Origin: Botryllus schlosseri
Taxonomy: Eukaryota
Length of the DNA stretch: 64,000 bases
Direction of reading: 5' to 3'
NCBI GenBank assembly: GCA_051294905.1
Contig: CM119373.1
Location: forward strand, 12,958,001-13,022,000
In this document: in pieces, positions 25,941-38,610 of the stretch
Layout: each line of letters opens with the position of its first letter
How positions within the stretch are numbered: position 1 is the stretch's first letter
The notes under the pieces: generated by a model
What the model was told of the DNA's origin: nothing
The model's database searches: none
What the model saw: only the letters and a program-made list of their open reading frames with translations
Position numbers and translations under genes: made by a program

Positions 25941-27949
25941 CGCCAAAGACAATACAGAAAATATCACGTTTAATACATATTTATGTACCCACCGTTGGAT
26001 AGTAACGATGAACAAGCGGTGATGCAAGAACAGTGAAATCACGCCTACAATACACCAGAATGTATCATTCCAATATTTTGATGTTACAGATTGAGGATTA
26101 TAATATAATTGAACTCAAATTGATCGAAAGCTATCATTACGACAAACACCATCTCACACATTACAAGTGGATGCAGAATGTCAAACTCCATCCAACCACA
26201 AGTAGAATGTAGCTTGCCAAAATACATACAAAATACAAAGTAGAAGATCACTGGTCTCAGGAGTACTAACGTCAGTCACACCAAAAATGAGACGAATGAC
26301 CGTTCGCCATGCACTAGCCAGAGACATCTTCGCCCATTACAAACTGATACAAAGAGGCGTCATTACTAAACTATTTACTCAAGTATTTACTAGAGTCCGC
26401 AGTAGTAGATATATATATAGTGAAATTTACATGTTAAAATGCTTGCTACTTTCAAACTGTTCGTACTAGTGCCAATACAATAAGTGTCGTAAGTATAAGA
26501 GACCTGGCTGGGTTCTTTGGTGAAAGTAGATGCACTTCAGCAAAGATCACCTCTGATAATATGACTGAAGTATAAGACACGCTTCAGACAGGGCAACCAG
26601 GTAAAGTCTACCGTACTGCTCCAGTGACATTGAGCCTAACCAAAATGTCGAGTTGACAAGTTTCCTTCCGGTCCGCCAGATGTACTAAAATTTTATATCT
26701 CCATTCCGAAATGCCAAAAGTTGGGTGCTTGTCTATTGATTAGAGAAATAAACATGAAATTTAAATTTTATTCAGAAGTATGCAACGTATTTTGCATGGC
26801 GTCGAAATAGTAGGTGTAGGTCTACTTCAGGCGTTCTTTACAATTGTGTTAAGAAACTGTCGAAAATTAGCCTGCAACTAGTTTCGGAGAAGTTATATTC
26901 GAAAGCTGCGGATACTTTTAGACAACATTCTGAGCAGCTATTGGCACTATAGCAGTGCATATGGCAAATAGCAAATACGAATTTCTGTCATAGGACCCCG
27001 AACAATCACAATCAAGTTAGTGGTCTTTAACATGACTTTGCGAACTGCGCCTTACAGATACTTCAATAGAACCAACAAAGCTATAGCCTATATATCTAGT
27101 ATCAATAACGGTTGCCGTGATTAAATTTTGGGTGAATTTTAGTTTTGAAGGTTCACCGGTCCGCGAGGTCACAAAGGTTGAGAATCACTGGTATACACGG
27201 TCTATATGCCAGTTTCATGCACGGAAGTACACCAGCGAGGTCAACGCAAATCTTCATTATTGTTGGTAAACTATTAGTTATCGGTGTCGAATTTATATGA
27301 AGAAAAAAGCGGTCGGCCCTTACTCCGTTACAACATCCTGTTTTCATGCAACATCACGACGGTTTAGAATTGCAAGCCGTAGCCACAACGAGGTGATATT
27401 TCCAGAGGTTGCCATTTTGTAGATCACCGGAGTTCAAGTACTTCAGAGCTTGGCCTTCATACGATCGGGATTTCCGGACTGTGTGGACCACCCGCGCTTT
27501 CGCTTCGTTACGAGGTCTGTATAATACTGAGAGCGGAGCGATAGGCGCTACTTTCACTGACAAGATTATACTGTTTACATTCCAATAGGTGGCCTTGATC
27601 GCCCGAAAATAACAAAGAAACGGGTCCGTTTACATAACCCGCGTATCGAATCATACGCATTGATCACCGCTGTAGTACACACACGGCAGTATAGTCATAA
27701 AATTATAGAATGCTTGCTGTTCAAGTCTTTCTCAATATGTAGGATGATTACAGTGAGAAATTGGATAGAAACGGGATCAGAACTGTCGACTGCTCTTTCA
27801 AGAATCTACAGAAACCCAGTGCTCTAAATAATACATTCACCAATGCATGAAACACATGCAAGTGGGTCAAGACTTTAGCCTAGGCTGCACGCTATATATG
27901 CGGACTCTTTTTGTAAGAGTGGCCGCACAAATGAATTGCAGCATCTTTA

Positions 27950-28226
27950 CATGATACGATATCCACAGCTGTAACAGAGTAACACCAATGGGTTGTGGGT
28001 TCGAGTCCGAACGAGGTCGACTCCAGAATTCCCACCTGAGTGTTGCAGGTTTATCTAGGCTCCTCCTCGCCATCTCATCAGCGTAAGTGGTGTCTTAAAA
28101 AGCCTAGAAGTGGGATGTGCTACAAGTCGGCAGCAACAGAATCAAAATGAGGAATATCGATTATCGACCTGGTGTAAATGACTATTGTTGTCGACTAACA
28201 CCATAAATACTACAAACAACAACAAC
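27950..28226 (+). mobile_element. tRNA-derived SINE family 1 copy
   Basis: atccacagct...aacaccaatgggttgtgggttcgagtccga-cgaggtcgactccagaattcc...(CAA)n tail. Confidence 0.88.
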
Positions 28227-29016
28227 ATGATTTGATATCAGCCTGATATTTCAGGATGAAATTTTTTCGGTGCGTCAATACTTAACGCTGCAGTATCAAG
28301 ACATCTCTAATGGTTGTAATTAAGAATGTGTATACCACTAAACCACTCACATACTATCCACTTTGCGTTTGACATTCTATATCAAGTGTTTATTGACGAC
28401 GTTCTTAGTGCAATTGCGTGTTACGATTCGCCACCTAGACACAGCAGCACAGGAAAGACACGCCTCTAATTGACACAAATGCTACATATCTTCACATATC
28501 TCAGAACATGAGAGGTGTCGGGGATTAGTAACTACTTGACTTGCAAGCTATAGCTTTTCGATGCTTGACATGTCTCAACATCGCTACAACTTTCAAGATT
28601 AAATAGCGCCAGCACACATCGATGTGGGTGAGCCTGAGCAACAAGTATTTCATAAAGGCGAAAGTTCTGCGGGAGTACAAACACCTGCTAACTAAGCGAA
28701 AACACCTCGAAAACACTATATCGCGTAATTAGATGAACCTTCATGAACCGCGCAGTGTCTACAAATTAGCGATGTAAAGGCGATAAGTGTGGCTGAAAAA
28801 TCATCGCCTGTTCAGTATGCGAGTTACGAACACTAGTCATAATAGCTGAGTTGGCTGTCTTCGCATTCACGATTAAGGCACTTTAGCCGCGCAGCTCTAC
28901 AACGCACATGACTGAAAATTAACTAATTCTGCGATAGCTTTCCATTTTGGTAAATTCCCGCAATGACCCTTTGGATACCGCGAGCGTGAATCAACGCCAG
29001 TCGTAAAAATACTCAC

Positions 29017-29209
29017 ATTCCACCCACAACTTTTCCACTCGCGTCTCCAGCTCCAGGTTTTTGAGACCAACGGCGCAAGCTGTCAATAATATTAAGCTCG
29101 GTATGAGTACGACGCCGGCCCGTCGCTGTATCAAACATCCCAAGAAAAATAAGAAGCGATGCATCAACGAGCGGAGTCCGACAGCTCTTTTATTTCCTGT
29201 GGCTTTACC
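29017..29209 (-). CDS. ptc: Patched exon 2 (GKATGNKRAVGLRSLMHRFLFFLGCLIQRRAG...GLKNLELETRVEKLWVE; TM1)
   Basis: tttccag|GGT ... GAA T|gtgagt; 193 bp, the size I recall for human PTCH1 exon 2. Clear match to GKATG...LGCYIQ...LETNVEELWVE. Confidence 0.97.
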
Positions 29210-32009
29210 CTGGAAAGGCGAAGATAAAATTACAGAGTGTTTAGGATTATGGCTAAGAAAAATAGAGCATCGTAGTATTCGAGCATCGCATATGATGACG
29301 TCATAAGAGTATGAATGACGCGGTAAGTTCAAAGGTCTGACGCTCATGTGACCATGAAGTAGATAATGCCCGTTTTTCCACCACATTATATATAGTTTGG
29401 TAGTTTTTCGACCATTTCATCGCACTTCGTGGCCTTACTGTGGGTTGATCGGTTTCACATAAAGGTCTAATCCACTAACGTGTGTAGTGTAGGTTTCAAC
29501 TACAGGTTTTTGATGCCGTGATAAGACCAATGGACGTTTCAAGGCCTCCATCTTTGGGAAATAATTCCCGTCTATAATATAATAAAACTTTTGGTAGAGA
29601 CTTGCGTACCATTTCAATACTGAGAAAATCGCCCGTCATTACTCGGCTCCGATCATTACTCAATACACCCGGGTAATCCAGCCGCCCGAGTGGTCCATGT
29701 GAGTACTAACCAGGTATAAGAGTTGTACAGCATCGAACCAGGTGGGCGGCTGAGTATTTCATAGGCGTATGGGGTGGAAGTACAGTGACGGACTCTACTC
29801 AACCTCGTAATGAAATGAACTACAGAAGTGGGAATCCAAGAGCAGTTTTTAGTGGATTGTTTGAAAGAGTATATGCACAAACTGATGCGGTTACAACGAT
29901 TGCGCTCGTAAGATTTATTTCATGAATTTGTGGTTATTCAATGCGTGGATAAAAAGTAATACAAGAAGTGAAGTCTACCTCATCTCAAAAAAAGTTAGAC
30001 TGCTCATAATCGCTAGTCGTTTCACCTATACTTCAAGGTGTGCGTATGTAATATTTTAGTAGCATGCTACAGCAATTACAATATATAAGTTTATCACGCG
30101 AAACGGAACGTCATCCAGTGCGTGAACCGGAAACGTTCACGACACGGTTCATGTCCGATATGAAACGAGCTAATGTATAAAACACTAGCTTCGTTGCCGG
30201 TTCATCAAACGATTTTAATATAAAAATACACCCCTCATGCGTAACATAAACGTGCTCAACAGCTGTGGAAAAATAACACCAAATTGCCAACATTAGCAGT
30301 TTATAACTATAATGTACTGCTATACGAAAGCGGTCGGCCAGGATTAAAAACCGGACCTATACCGGTAAAATTCTTCATGATTGTTGTTGTATATGTCACG
30401 TGTCACCAGCTCACCATATTTAGGATATGATCGAGTTGGGGTACTGGAGATTAGAAAAAGTTACGAGTGATCACATCTATATTAAAACTTGCTGTACAAA
30501 TGTAAATATTTCCTATTCCCCAACGTTAGGTTAGGCGAGCTTTATTGTTTCGTAACTTTCTCATTGATAACACGCACCGCCCATTGCTCCCATGAATGTA
30601 TGTATACCAGAACCAGCTACACCCCACAATCAAAAATAAGGAGTAAATCAAGTAAGACGCACAATGACTTGTGTCACACATTGCAGATGTGAGATACTGC
30701 TAGTGACTAGTCATTCAGATATCCCACTTTGATGTCGTATTTCCCCTAACAAGGGTATTTCCGCATCATAACTGTGACGAATCAAAATTATGCAGATCCT
30801 ATATACTGGATATAGTTGGCAGCTTGGCGTGATTCCAAAATACCAAACTGTGGGCATTCAAACCGTATTGCTACATGCGACAATATTCAACTTACGTCAA
30901 ACGGAAACTCGAGGTCAACCGACCTTCTCAGCCCAACCATGACACCGATGCAACATTTTGCCTCGCCGTATTTTCATAACAATTCGGTGATAAGACTTAC
31001 TCATAATAGCGGGACGCAGTTGCAGAAAATTTTCGTGATGACGTCAACGCTACCCGCTTAGGTTGGGACTACTTCGGTTAATTATCGATTAGTCACGCAA
31101 CCAGTAAGATACTTGCTTGGTAGATAGCTAACAGTTTGCCAAACTATGGGTTTGAAATAGCAGGGAGCGGCCCCAGTCATAAACTCAATATTTGTGGATA
31201 GTCGGCACTCGGCAGATGTTGCGTGATAGCTAACGTTGCACAATCGACCTTGCCAAAATTCCGTTTCAATAACTGGTGGACACCGTGCACGTAATCGGAC
31301 ACTGCGTTGAAAAACTGGTCACGGTATACTCGAATTCTTCACGGCTCCGACCATGAAATCTAAATAACCAAGTTACGAAAGGGCGGTGGATTCATTTTAC
31401 CAATTGGGTCGCACGCTTCCCGCCCGCTTGGAAGTTTTCTGTGTACGAATGAACACTGCGCTCAAGGCAATGGCGATTACCTAGTACCTATAGCACTGAG
31501 TTTAGAACAGAACACTCTCAAGCTTCAAGCCACGGAGATAGTGAAGGATGGATATCTAAAGGCGTCTATCATGATTAGCTTTCACAAAACAACCGTGATG
31601 ATAACGGTAATAAATCACAACAATATCTTGAAATTTAAGACAGGAATCTCACGTCAGATAACCCACGTGAAGTGTCTAGCTTTGCACGATAACACGAAAT
31701 ATTAGATTCAGAATAAGATGTTTCAGTACTGTAGAGGTGTAATTGTGTTTGTCCAAAACTTCTGTGTTTACTGGCAGGCGCTCATCCAAACCTGAATTTT
31801 CATACGGTGAGTGTGCATAATGGATGTTAAGAAAGTAGTCTTGTATCTTGTAATTAAACATAAGTCGTTCGTGGAGAACGAGCTGGTCATATATACATAC
31901 AATATATTGATATATAAGTTGAGTTGAACATAAAGTTATAATCGTAATGAACCATCAACATTCGGATGTGAAGACATACCGTCCAGTAATCCTTACAATG
32001 CATATAGGG

Positions 32010-32310
32010 CAGTGGTTCTCAACCTGGGGGGCGTGAAAGCATCAGAAGGGGGCCGCGAAGAAGGGGTCAACTGAAAAAGTATTTTGCGCTCTGCGCGATT
32101 TACCTCCAATTCACGCGTGATTCTCTACATACAGACCGAATTTCGTATCTTTTAATTCTGTCATCAACAGTCATAACCTTCCATGCCATCAAACAATCTG
32201 TTGGGGTTGCTAGCATCCCGTTTGGATTTTGTGATATGACGATGAGGGGGGCGTGAAATTTTTCACTATCATAAAGGGGGGCATGTCTAAAAAAAGGTGG
32301 AGAATCACTG
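32010..32310. mobile_element. hAT (Charlie-like) MITE, 301 bp, TSD ATATAGGG
   Basis: atataggg|CAGTGGTTCTCAACC ... GGTGGAGAATCACTG|atataggg; a right-end fragment also lies at about 27150-27190. Confidence 0.92.
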
Positions 32311-33963
32311 ATATAGGGTGACTGATTACAGCTACCTGTGACGCTGATAAGTTCCTGGTATGATTCCATAGAATGAACAGAGAGCGTCATATGATATTCG
32401 GACTTCGGTATAGGGTTTGTCGGCTTGATGGGAGTACGGAAATTATGTGGTCGTTCAATTGGTTTTCCGCATAGATGTAGGCTTAATGTGGATTAGCGAA
32501 ACTTGGGTCACTTGGTTCTAGCAAAGAAAATAGCAAGGAACAAAACTCGCTACAAGACGAAAGTGACCCTACCAAGGTACGCGGATAATAACGTAATCAA
32601 TGCGATAAATACCACCCGATTTTCCATTTATTCTGAAAAAAACTTTATCCAAGAAAGACAACGCAACGCAATGAATATTGAATACCTGAATTGCACGATG
32701 AATGGCAATCAAAGTTCGATACCGCAATTGGGTGACCTGTTCGCCGTTAGGAATGTGAAAATATATAAAAAGGTATTTCAGTATTACTATCGTGTCTAAG
32801 AGTCATTAGGATAATATATCTCAGGTAAGGGAACACCGAGATTCGATTTCGCCGTTTATCAAGCCTTGTACCGTGTCATTTTCTTTTCAGCGAGAATCTA
32901 GATGCGATAACAATCCGATAATCACGAAGACCGAAGATATTATTCGCCTAACAGGAGTTCATAGCGTCACCGCATAGCCCGCGGCCATTAACGCTAAAGA
33001 CCACCTACTTCGGCGAGCATGTATAATATGTAGCATGTCAAGGAGGTCTATTGCGCTGCCTCATTCGGATTTGCCGTGCTTCTACGATCAATAATGCCAA
33101 GTATGAGTAAAATTACTGTCAGACAATCGAACGCAGGTCTATTGGAACGAATAGCTTCGAACCAAAAACTGTTAGTAGTACTTATTGCAATAACCACCAA
33201 ACCGCCTATTTTCAAGACAACCTCATGCTATTATTAATCGTCTCTCAGCCCAGTACTAGCAACTAAAGCCAAATTGTAATAACGCAAATATTGAATCCTG
33301 TAACTTTGCAGTTCCCTCTCAATGACACAAAAGTATGATTCTGAATCAACAACAAAACGTTTGGGCTCGAACTCCATGGACAGGTTAACCCATATGCGAA
33401 TATGTTCAAATACTGGTTTCGTATTTGTGAAAATCGATACTCATTTCCATAACAAGAAATATTGATATTACACTGCGTGATGTTTTCAACTATTTTGGTA
33501 TGGGTAGAAGAGCAAATTCTTTGAATATCTGTGCCTTGTATCAGTAACGCACAATATGGATCTGTGGAAGTTTATGGTTCGTTATCCTAGTCTCGGGTGT
33601 TCATCAGGTGTTCGCTGGACGTCAAGACACATAACTCACTCATGCAGCACAAGTTACTATGATTTGCAGTAAATATTCATTAGTGACCTTTTGTTTTGTG
33701 TGACTATGATATTTTTAAAGGCTTTTCTCTTTCAATATTGTTGGGGTCGCCGAAGGCTTGAGGAAAATCTGTATTAGAATGAGCCACGTGCCGCACCTTG
33801 AATACATCAGGGTGTTCTCGAAAGTCAGAATAGTCTTTATCTAGTGAAACGATTTCAAAGACAAATCTCTCCACACTTGGCATAGACGCGTTTCCAGCAA
33901 TGCGAATGAGGAATTAGAAACGGGAATACGCCCTACCAAGTAAGTACTGCATGCACTACTCAC

Positions 33964-34698
33964 TTGAAGAATTTGGTTATAAGCGAACTTCGCGTCGCAC
34001 CAGCTGGGGCGCGACAAAAGCTCCACATCAGTAGCCAGCCTGTGCCTGCTCGCCCTCGCGTCGTTCCGCCGTGACGTAACGGCGGTGTTTGACAAGTCTC
34101 TGCTGTTCGAATGTTCTAAACTGTCGTCTGAAATCGGATAACTGGAACAGGGGCGGGACCCGGGAATATCCTGCCGTCTATTGCCGCGGTTACGTAGAAT
34201 ACCGTTCACGCAATCGTCCCTAGAGTTTAGTGGGACGTGACATCGTTGATACTGAGGGTTGTATTCAACCCCCTCTAAAAATACACCAGGGCCGATTGCA
34301 TCGCCCTTTATTTGCACGGTTTCGATAGGTTTCGCAATAGGAGTTTCAGCGAATGCATTGCGATTCGAAGGCTTTCTAGTCCTTGACGCGTTGTTATGCG
34401 ATGTGCCCGCTACCTCATGGCGACCGCTGGGAGCAGCGCTCAGCGTGTCTTTTCTACCTGTGACATCATGCGTGATATCACTCGGAATATTATTACCGTC
34501 CACAAAACAGTCCACGCTGCATCCCGCAGCGGTATCGGTCGGCTGTGAGTGGCGCGGGGTTTTGTTATGATAAGTTCGTGACGTACCGCTACCGCGCGGT
34601 ACAGCTGTGAATGCGCTGCGAGGCGCTTCCTCGTCGACTGCGAAAGGATGGCTCGCTCTATCGTCAGTTCCATGGTTGCGTTCGACTCCATCAGCCAT
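33964..34698 (-). CDS. ptc: Patched coding exon 1 (245 codons; long N-terminal cytoplasmic region ending LLSRPSWCDAKFAYNQILQ)
   Basis: 735-bp ORF from its only ATG to donor CAA|gtgagt (phase 0). The end matches PTCH1 'YLHRPSYCDAAFALEQISK', which is followed by an intron at the same point. Confidence 0.88.
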
Positions 34699-34711
34699 AA
34701 CGAAGTTTCAT
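34691..34711 (-). promoter_or_regulatory. Out-of-frame uORF (MKLRYG*) overlapping the Patched ATG
   Basis: aaaaATG AAA CTT CGT TAT GGC TGA; the main ATG lies 13 nt downstream in another frame. Confidence 0.55.
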
Positions 34712-34920
34712 TTTTGTGATAGATCCACTGTGGTTATTCCTCCATCAGTAAGAAAGGGCTCACTGTGGTCGGCTTGTATATGAGCTGAATAAATATATAA
34801 TTCAAGTGACAGAAACCTAAAACCTGCAACATACATGTGAAGACCGACTTAATTAGGCGTGCTCAGTAAACGTTGACACTACTCTTGACCGTAGGCTTAC
34901 AAATCGCAGCACTGTAACAA

Positions 34921-35283
34921 TAGGGTTACCATATTTTGGAACCGGGAAAGCGGGACACTTTTTTAAAATTTTCAAACGTAGAATACCGGAGGGACATCTT
35001 GAAGAAATGGTAAATTCCCCCACCCCCCCACCCCCCCCCCTTTCGTGGTAGGTTGACTAAAAAAAGGGTAAGCTTTCAGGCTCGGCTCTCGAAATTGCCG
35101 CCGGAGCGTCACTTCAGTGCTGACTTACTGTATCTCAGTCGGATTTTGCCGAATATTTAACCCAAATTCTCAAAAAAAGGACAAAATCTCAAAAAAGAGG
35201 ACATTTAGACGTCCTCGGAGGACATTTTCAAAAACCTGAAAAGGACGACAAATTCTCCTTAAGGAGGACGTATTTTTACCCTA
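34921..35283. mobile_element. hAT MITE, 363 bp, TSD TGTAACAA, 223 bp upstream of the Patched ATG
   Basis: tgtaacaa|TAGGGTTACC ... TTTACCCTA|tgtaacaa, with GGACA subterminal repeats. Confidence 0.9.
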
Positions 35284-37340
35284 TGTAACAATTATTGACG
35301 GTCACATTGTCATGCGTTATGACGTAATATGATATAACGTAACCAGGTGCATACTGAGCTATAATAAATAGCATAAACTGTTGAAGTAACCCAAAATGTT
35401 TATTATGAAATATTGCACAATGAAATATGCGGCCAGGAAATTGAGATTGGGTTTATTATAATCGAAACACATCGTACCGAATGCTTGCACACGCTATTCG
35501 ATTATAAATGCAACGCATTTGGCGACTTCAATCAATATACTATCTATATTTGATCTTGAAGCTAGTCGGTCTGTACAGTATCCAGCCATCCAGTCTGCCA
35601 CGATGTTATCTTCAAAAATTAGGGTAACGTTGAATCAGTGTCTACCCAAAACTACCAACACTCTCAACGAAACACCGATAGTCAGTCTAATCGAGACAGA
35701 ATCGACAACACGGTGCCTTATCTACCACATGACACCCAAACATTCCACATAAATACCATCTACCGTTATAAACAAAGCGTGCAGTAACACCGTACCGTCA
35801 AATGTAGACTTGGGATCGTCGATGCAATGCTATTTAGGAGAGATATAAAGGCTAATATGCAATCCGAAGTATAATTGAAGTTTAAACTGCTAGCGAATGC
35901 ATCCACAATAAAACAAGCTGAGAAGGACGCCGTTAAACTGTTTATTTATGTCAAGGGAATAAATCAAATGAAAGATATAAAGCTGTCTCATGGGGGTTAA
36001 TCGCTTGATCTTAATCCTTTAGTTTACCTAATACGACCTTTTGAAATAGGCTACAAGTCGCTATCCTCGTCAACTGCATGCAGTGATAGCCTATGTTATC
36101 GCATTTACCATTTTTTCCGCGCCAGTACGTGATATAAAATGCTAATTGTTGCTGAAGAAAATTATAAGCGTTGACCATAATCATGGATGCGGTATTATGC
36201 AATCGTTCTTTAAAACATTCAACGTTTATCCAGAAGGAAGGACACGCAATGCACATAAATAAGTTCCTTTCGCAAGCAGAGTACGTACATCAACACACAG
36301 GAGTAGTTTGCGAGAAAAAGGATCAGTAACCGGGATCTTTCAACTTAAGCTCGTGCCCTGTAGATGCCGAATCATACGCGACGTTGGAGTAATATTTCTC
36401 TGAATAACGCGCGAAGTTGTCTATACTATAGTAACATGTGCGCCGGGCCAGTCTATCAAGGCGATTAAACTGCCACATTTACGCCTTGTCCGACATCGAA
36501 ATTTCCCGCCGATTGCCAAATAAGCCTCCGGGATGAGCTGCGTTTGAAGGTAGAATGTGGTATATTGAAGATAACAAGCCAATGTACCTAACCACGCAAC
36601 AATGTCCCACCGTGATACGGTGCAAATGCTGTCACTGTAAAAGTATTCTGCCCCTGACTGTACTGTAACTGTAAGCATCATATTATAAACCAAGACACAG
36701 GAAAATTGCTTATATAATTCCATTTCCACATTCTTGGGCATGGTGAAAACTGCTATTTACACATACACGGACTGTAGGCCGGTAGCGCATCCTATTTAGA
36801 TAAATGTATCTTCGTCACGTCATAAATCCCGTAGTCAGAAACGCAAAGGAAGTAAACCCGACGTTTCACACCTGCTCATATCGAATTATAAACCTGACTA
36901 GACGACGAAAAGCTCGGCCGTGAGCGAAGTGCTTCATGCCGTGCCTCGGAGCGACGATAATACTATCTGCTGTATCAAATAGCCGGAGTTGACGGAACAA
37001 AATGTAGACAACACGAGAGTAGATGGCGAAAAAGAGCGAAAACGCGCTCTGCAAAATACGACCACCCCGAACAACACGAGCGCGACCAGGCGTGGAGAAG
37101 ACACAGCGAGAGGGAAGAACTGATGCCGAATATTTGCGTTTATTGTAGGTTGGAAATATGCAATGGTAGCCAAGTAAGCAAAACGTTTCAAGTGGAGTTA
37201 TTTTCTCACAACGCAAACGTAATCATTAGACGTCTGATGCAGGCAACGATATCATAAACTACAGAAGTCTAGGCTAATTCGATGTATATAACTAGGTGAT
37301 ATAAATATTAATCAATGCTTCGGCTAACAGAGGTCGCATG

Positions 37341-38610
37341 CAGCATCGTAACTGCCGCACCCCAAGCCCCCCAATTGGGGGGGAGGCGAGCTCGAAGGGG
37401 GCCCAAAATTATTTCGTGAATTAGCATAAATCATAGAGTATTTTTTGAAAATTTATGCCAATTTTTCAAAATTGAAGTTTCCATTTATCTTTATTATTGG
37501 GTATTGGGGCATTACCGCGCCACGACCCACCAAGACATACCATCAAGTTTTAGGCCATATAACATGCGACTCCAAGAAGTGTGCCAGAACGATCGGCAGC
37601 GAGAAAACCTTGGCCGAAAAGGTCTATGCCCTTATGCTGACCGAAGACTGCGTTCTATATATAAAATGGACATAGGTTTAATTGTCCATAGGCGCCTAAA
37701 TGACTGACGCCGAATGTTCCTGTCTTTGCAATCTGAACCTCACAAGACAAATACCATCCCGCTGGGAAAAAATTTATGCCAGTGAAGAAATACCAATTTG
37801 AAATCGTGTGCGTCTCTTAGTTTAGAAGCCTACGTTTGGGCGATTCTATATTTTTTGATATAGCAGACTGGAAGTCACGAAATAACATCATGTAACGAAG
37901 TCATATCAACGGGTCCGCCCGCTAGAAGATGTTTAATTATTATTTACGGGCCCTCCCGTTTTCAAGACACTTCACTCAGCTCTACCGGTAAATCTAATTA
38001 TGTGAGTAGAGAGGAAAATAAATTGATAGCATAATATATATGCAATCGCCGATCTGAATGACCGATTTTATCATAAATTATCGAAAATTTTCGCGCATGG
38101 CGCTGGCTCACAATACAGTACAGATGATTTCGTGACAAACGCGAACAACGTGATGGGGGGGGGGTCGTTTTATCACCTTATGGATCCCAAGACCCACGTT
38201 TTAGGGGGCTTGACGATGTGCTATTTCGTTCCTGCCAACGGGTATACGCCTGAAGATGTTTAATTATTATTGAGTGGTCCTACCTTTTCAAACACACCTC
38301 ACTCAGCTTTACCGGCAAATCTGATTACGTGAGCAGAGAGAAGATAAAAATTGATAACAATATAGGCAATTCCCGATCATACTGACCGATTCAATCATGA
38401 ATTCTAGAAATTTTTCCGTGCTTCGCGCGCTAAGGCGACAAAAGCTTAATCACTAAACAAACTCCCAATGAATATGATAAATAGCGGTAAACATTGTATC
38501 GCTAGAGGGGGGTCTGGGGGGCGAAGCCCCCCATAAGTTAGGTCTATAACCCTATGGGGGGCCCAAGACCAAAGTTTGGGGGGAGCTGACGAAGTGCTGT
38601 TACGGCCCTG
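37341..38610. mobile_element. hAT non-autonomous element, 1270 bp, TSD GTCGCATG, with an internal ~330-bp diverged direct repeat
   Basis: gtcgcatg|CAGCATCGTAAC ... GTTACGGCCCTG|gtcgcatg; GGGGGCCC subterminal motifs; about 37925-38110 resembles 38252-38430. Confidence 0.85.
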
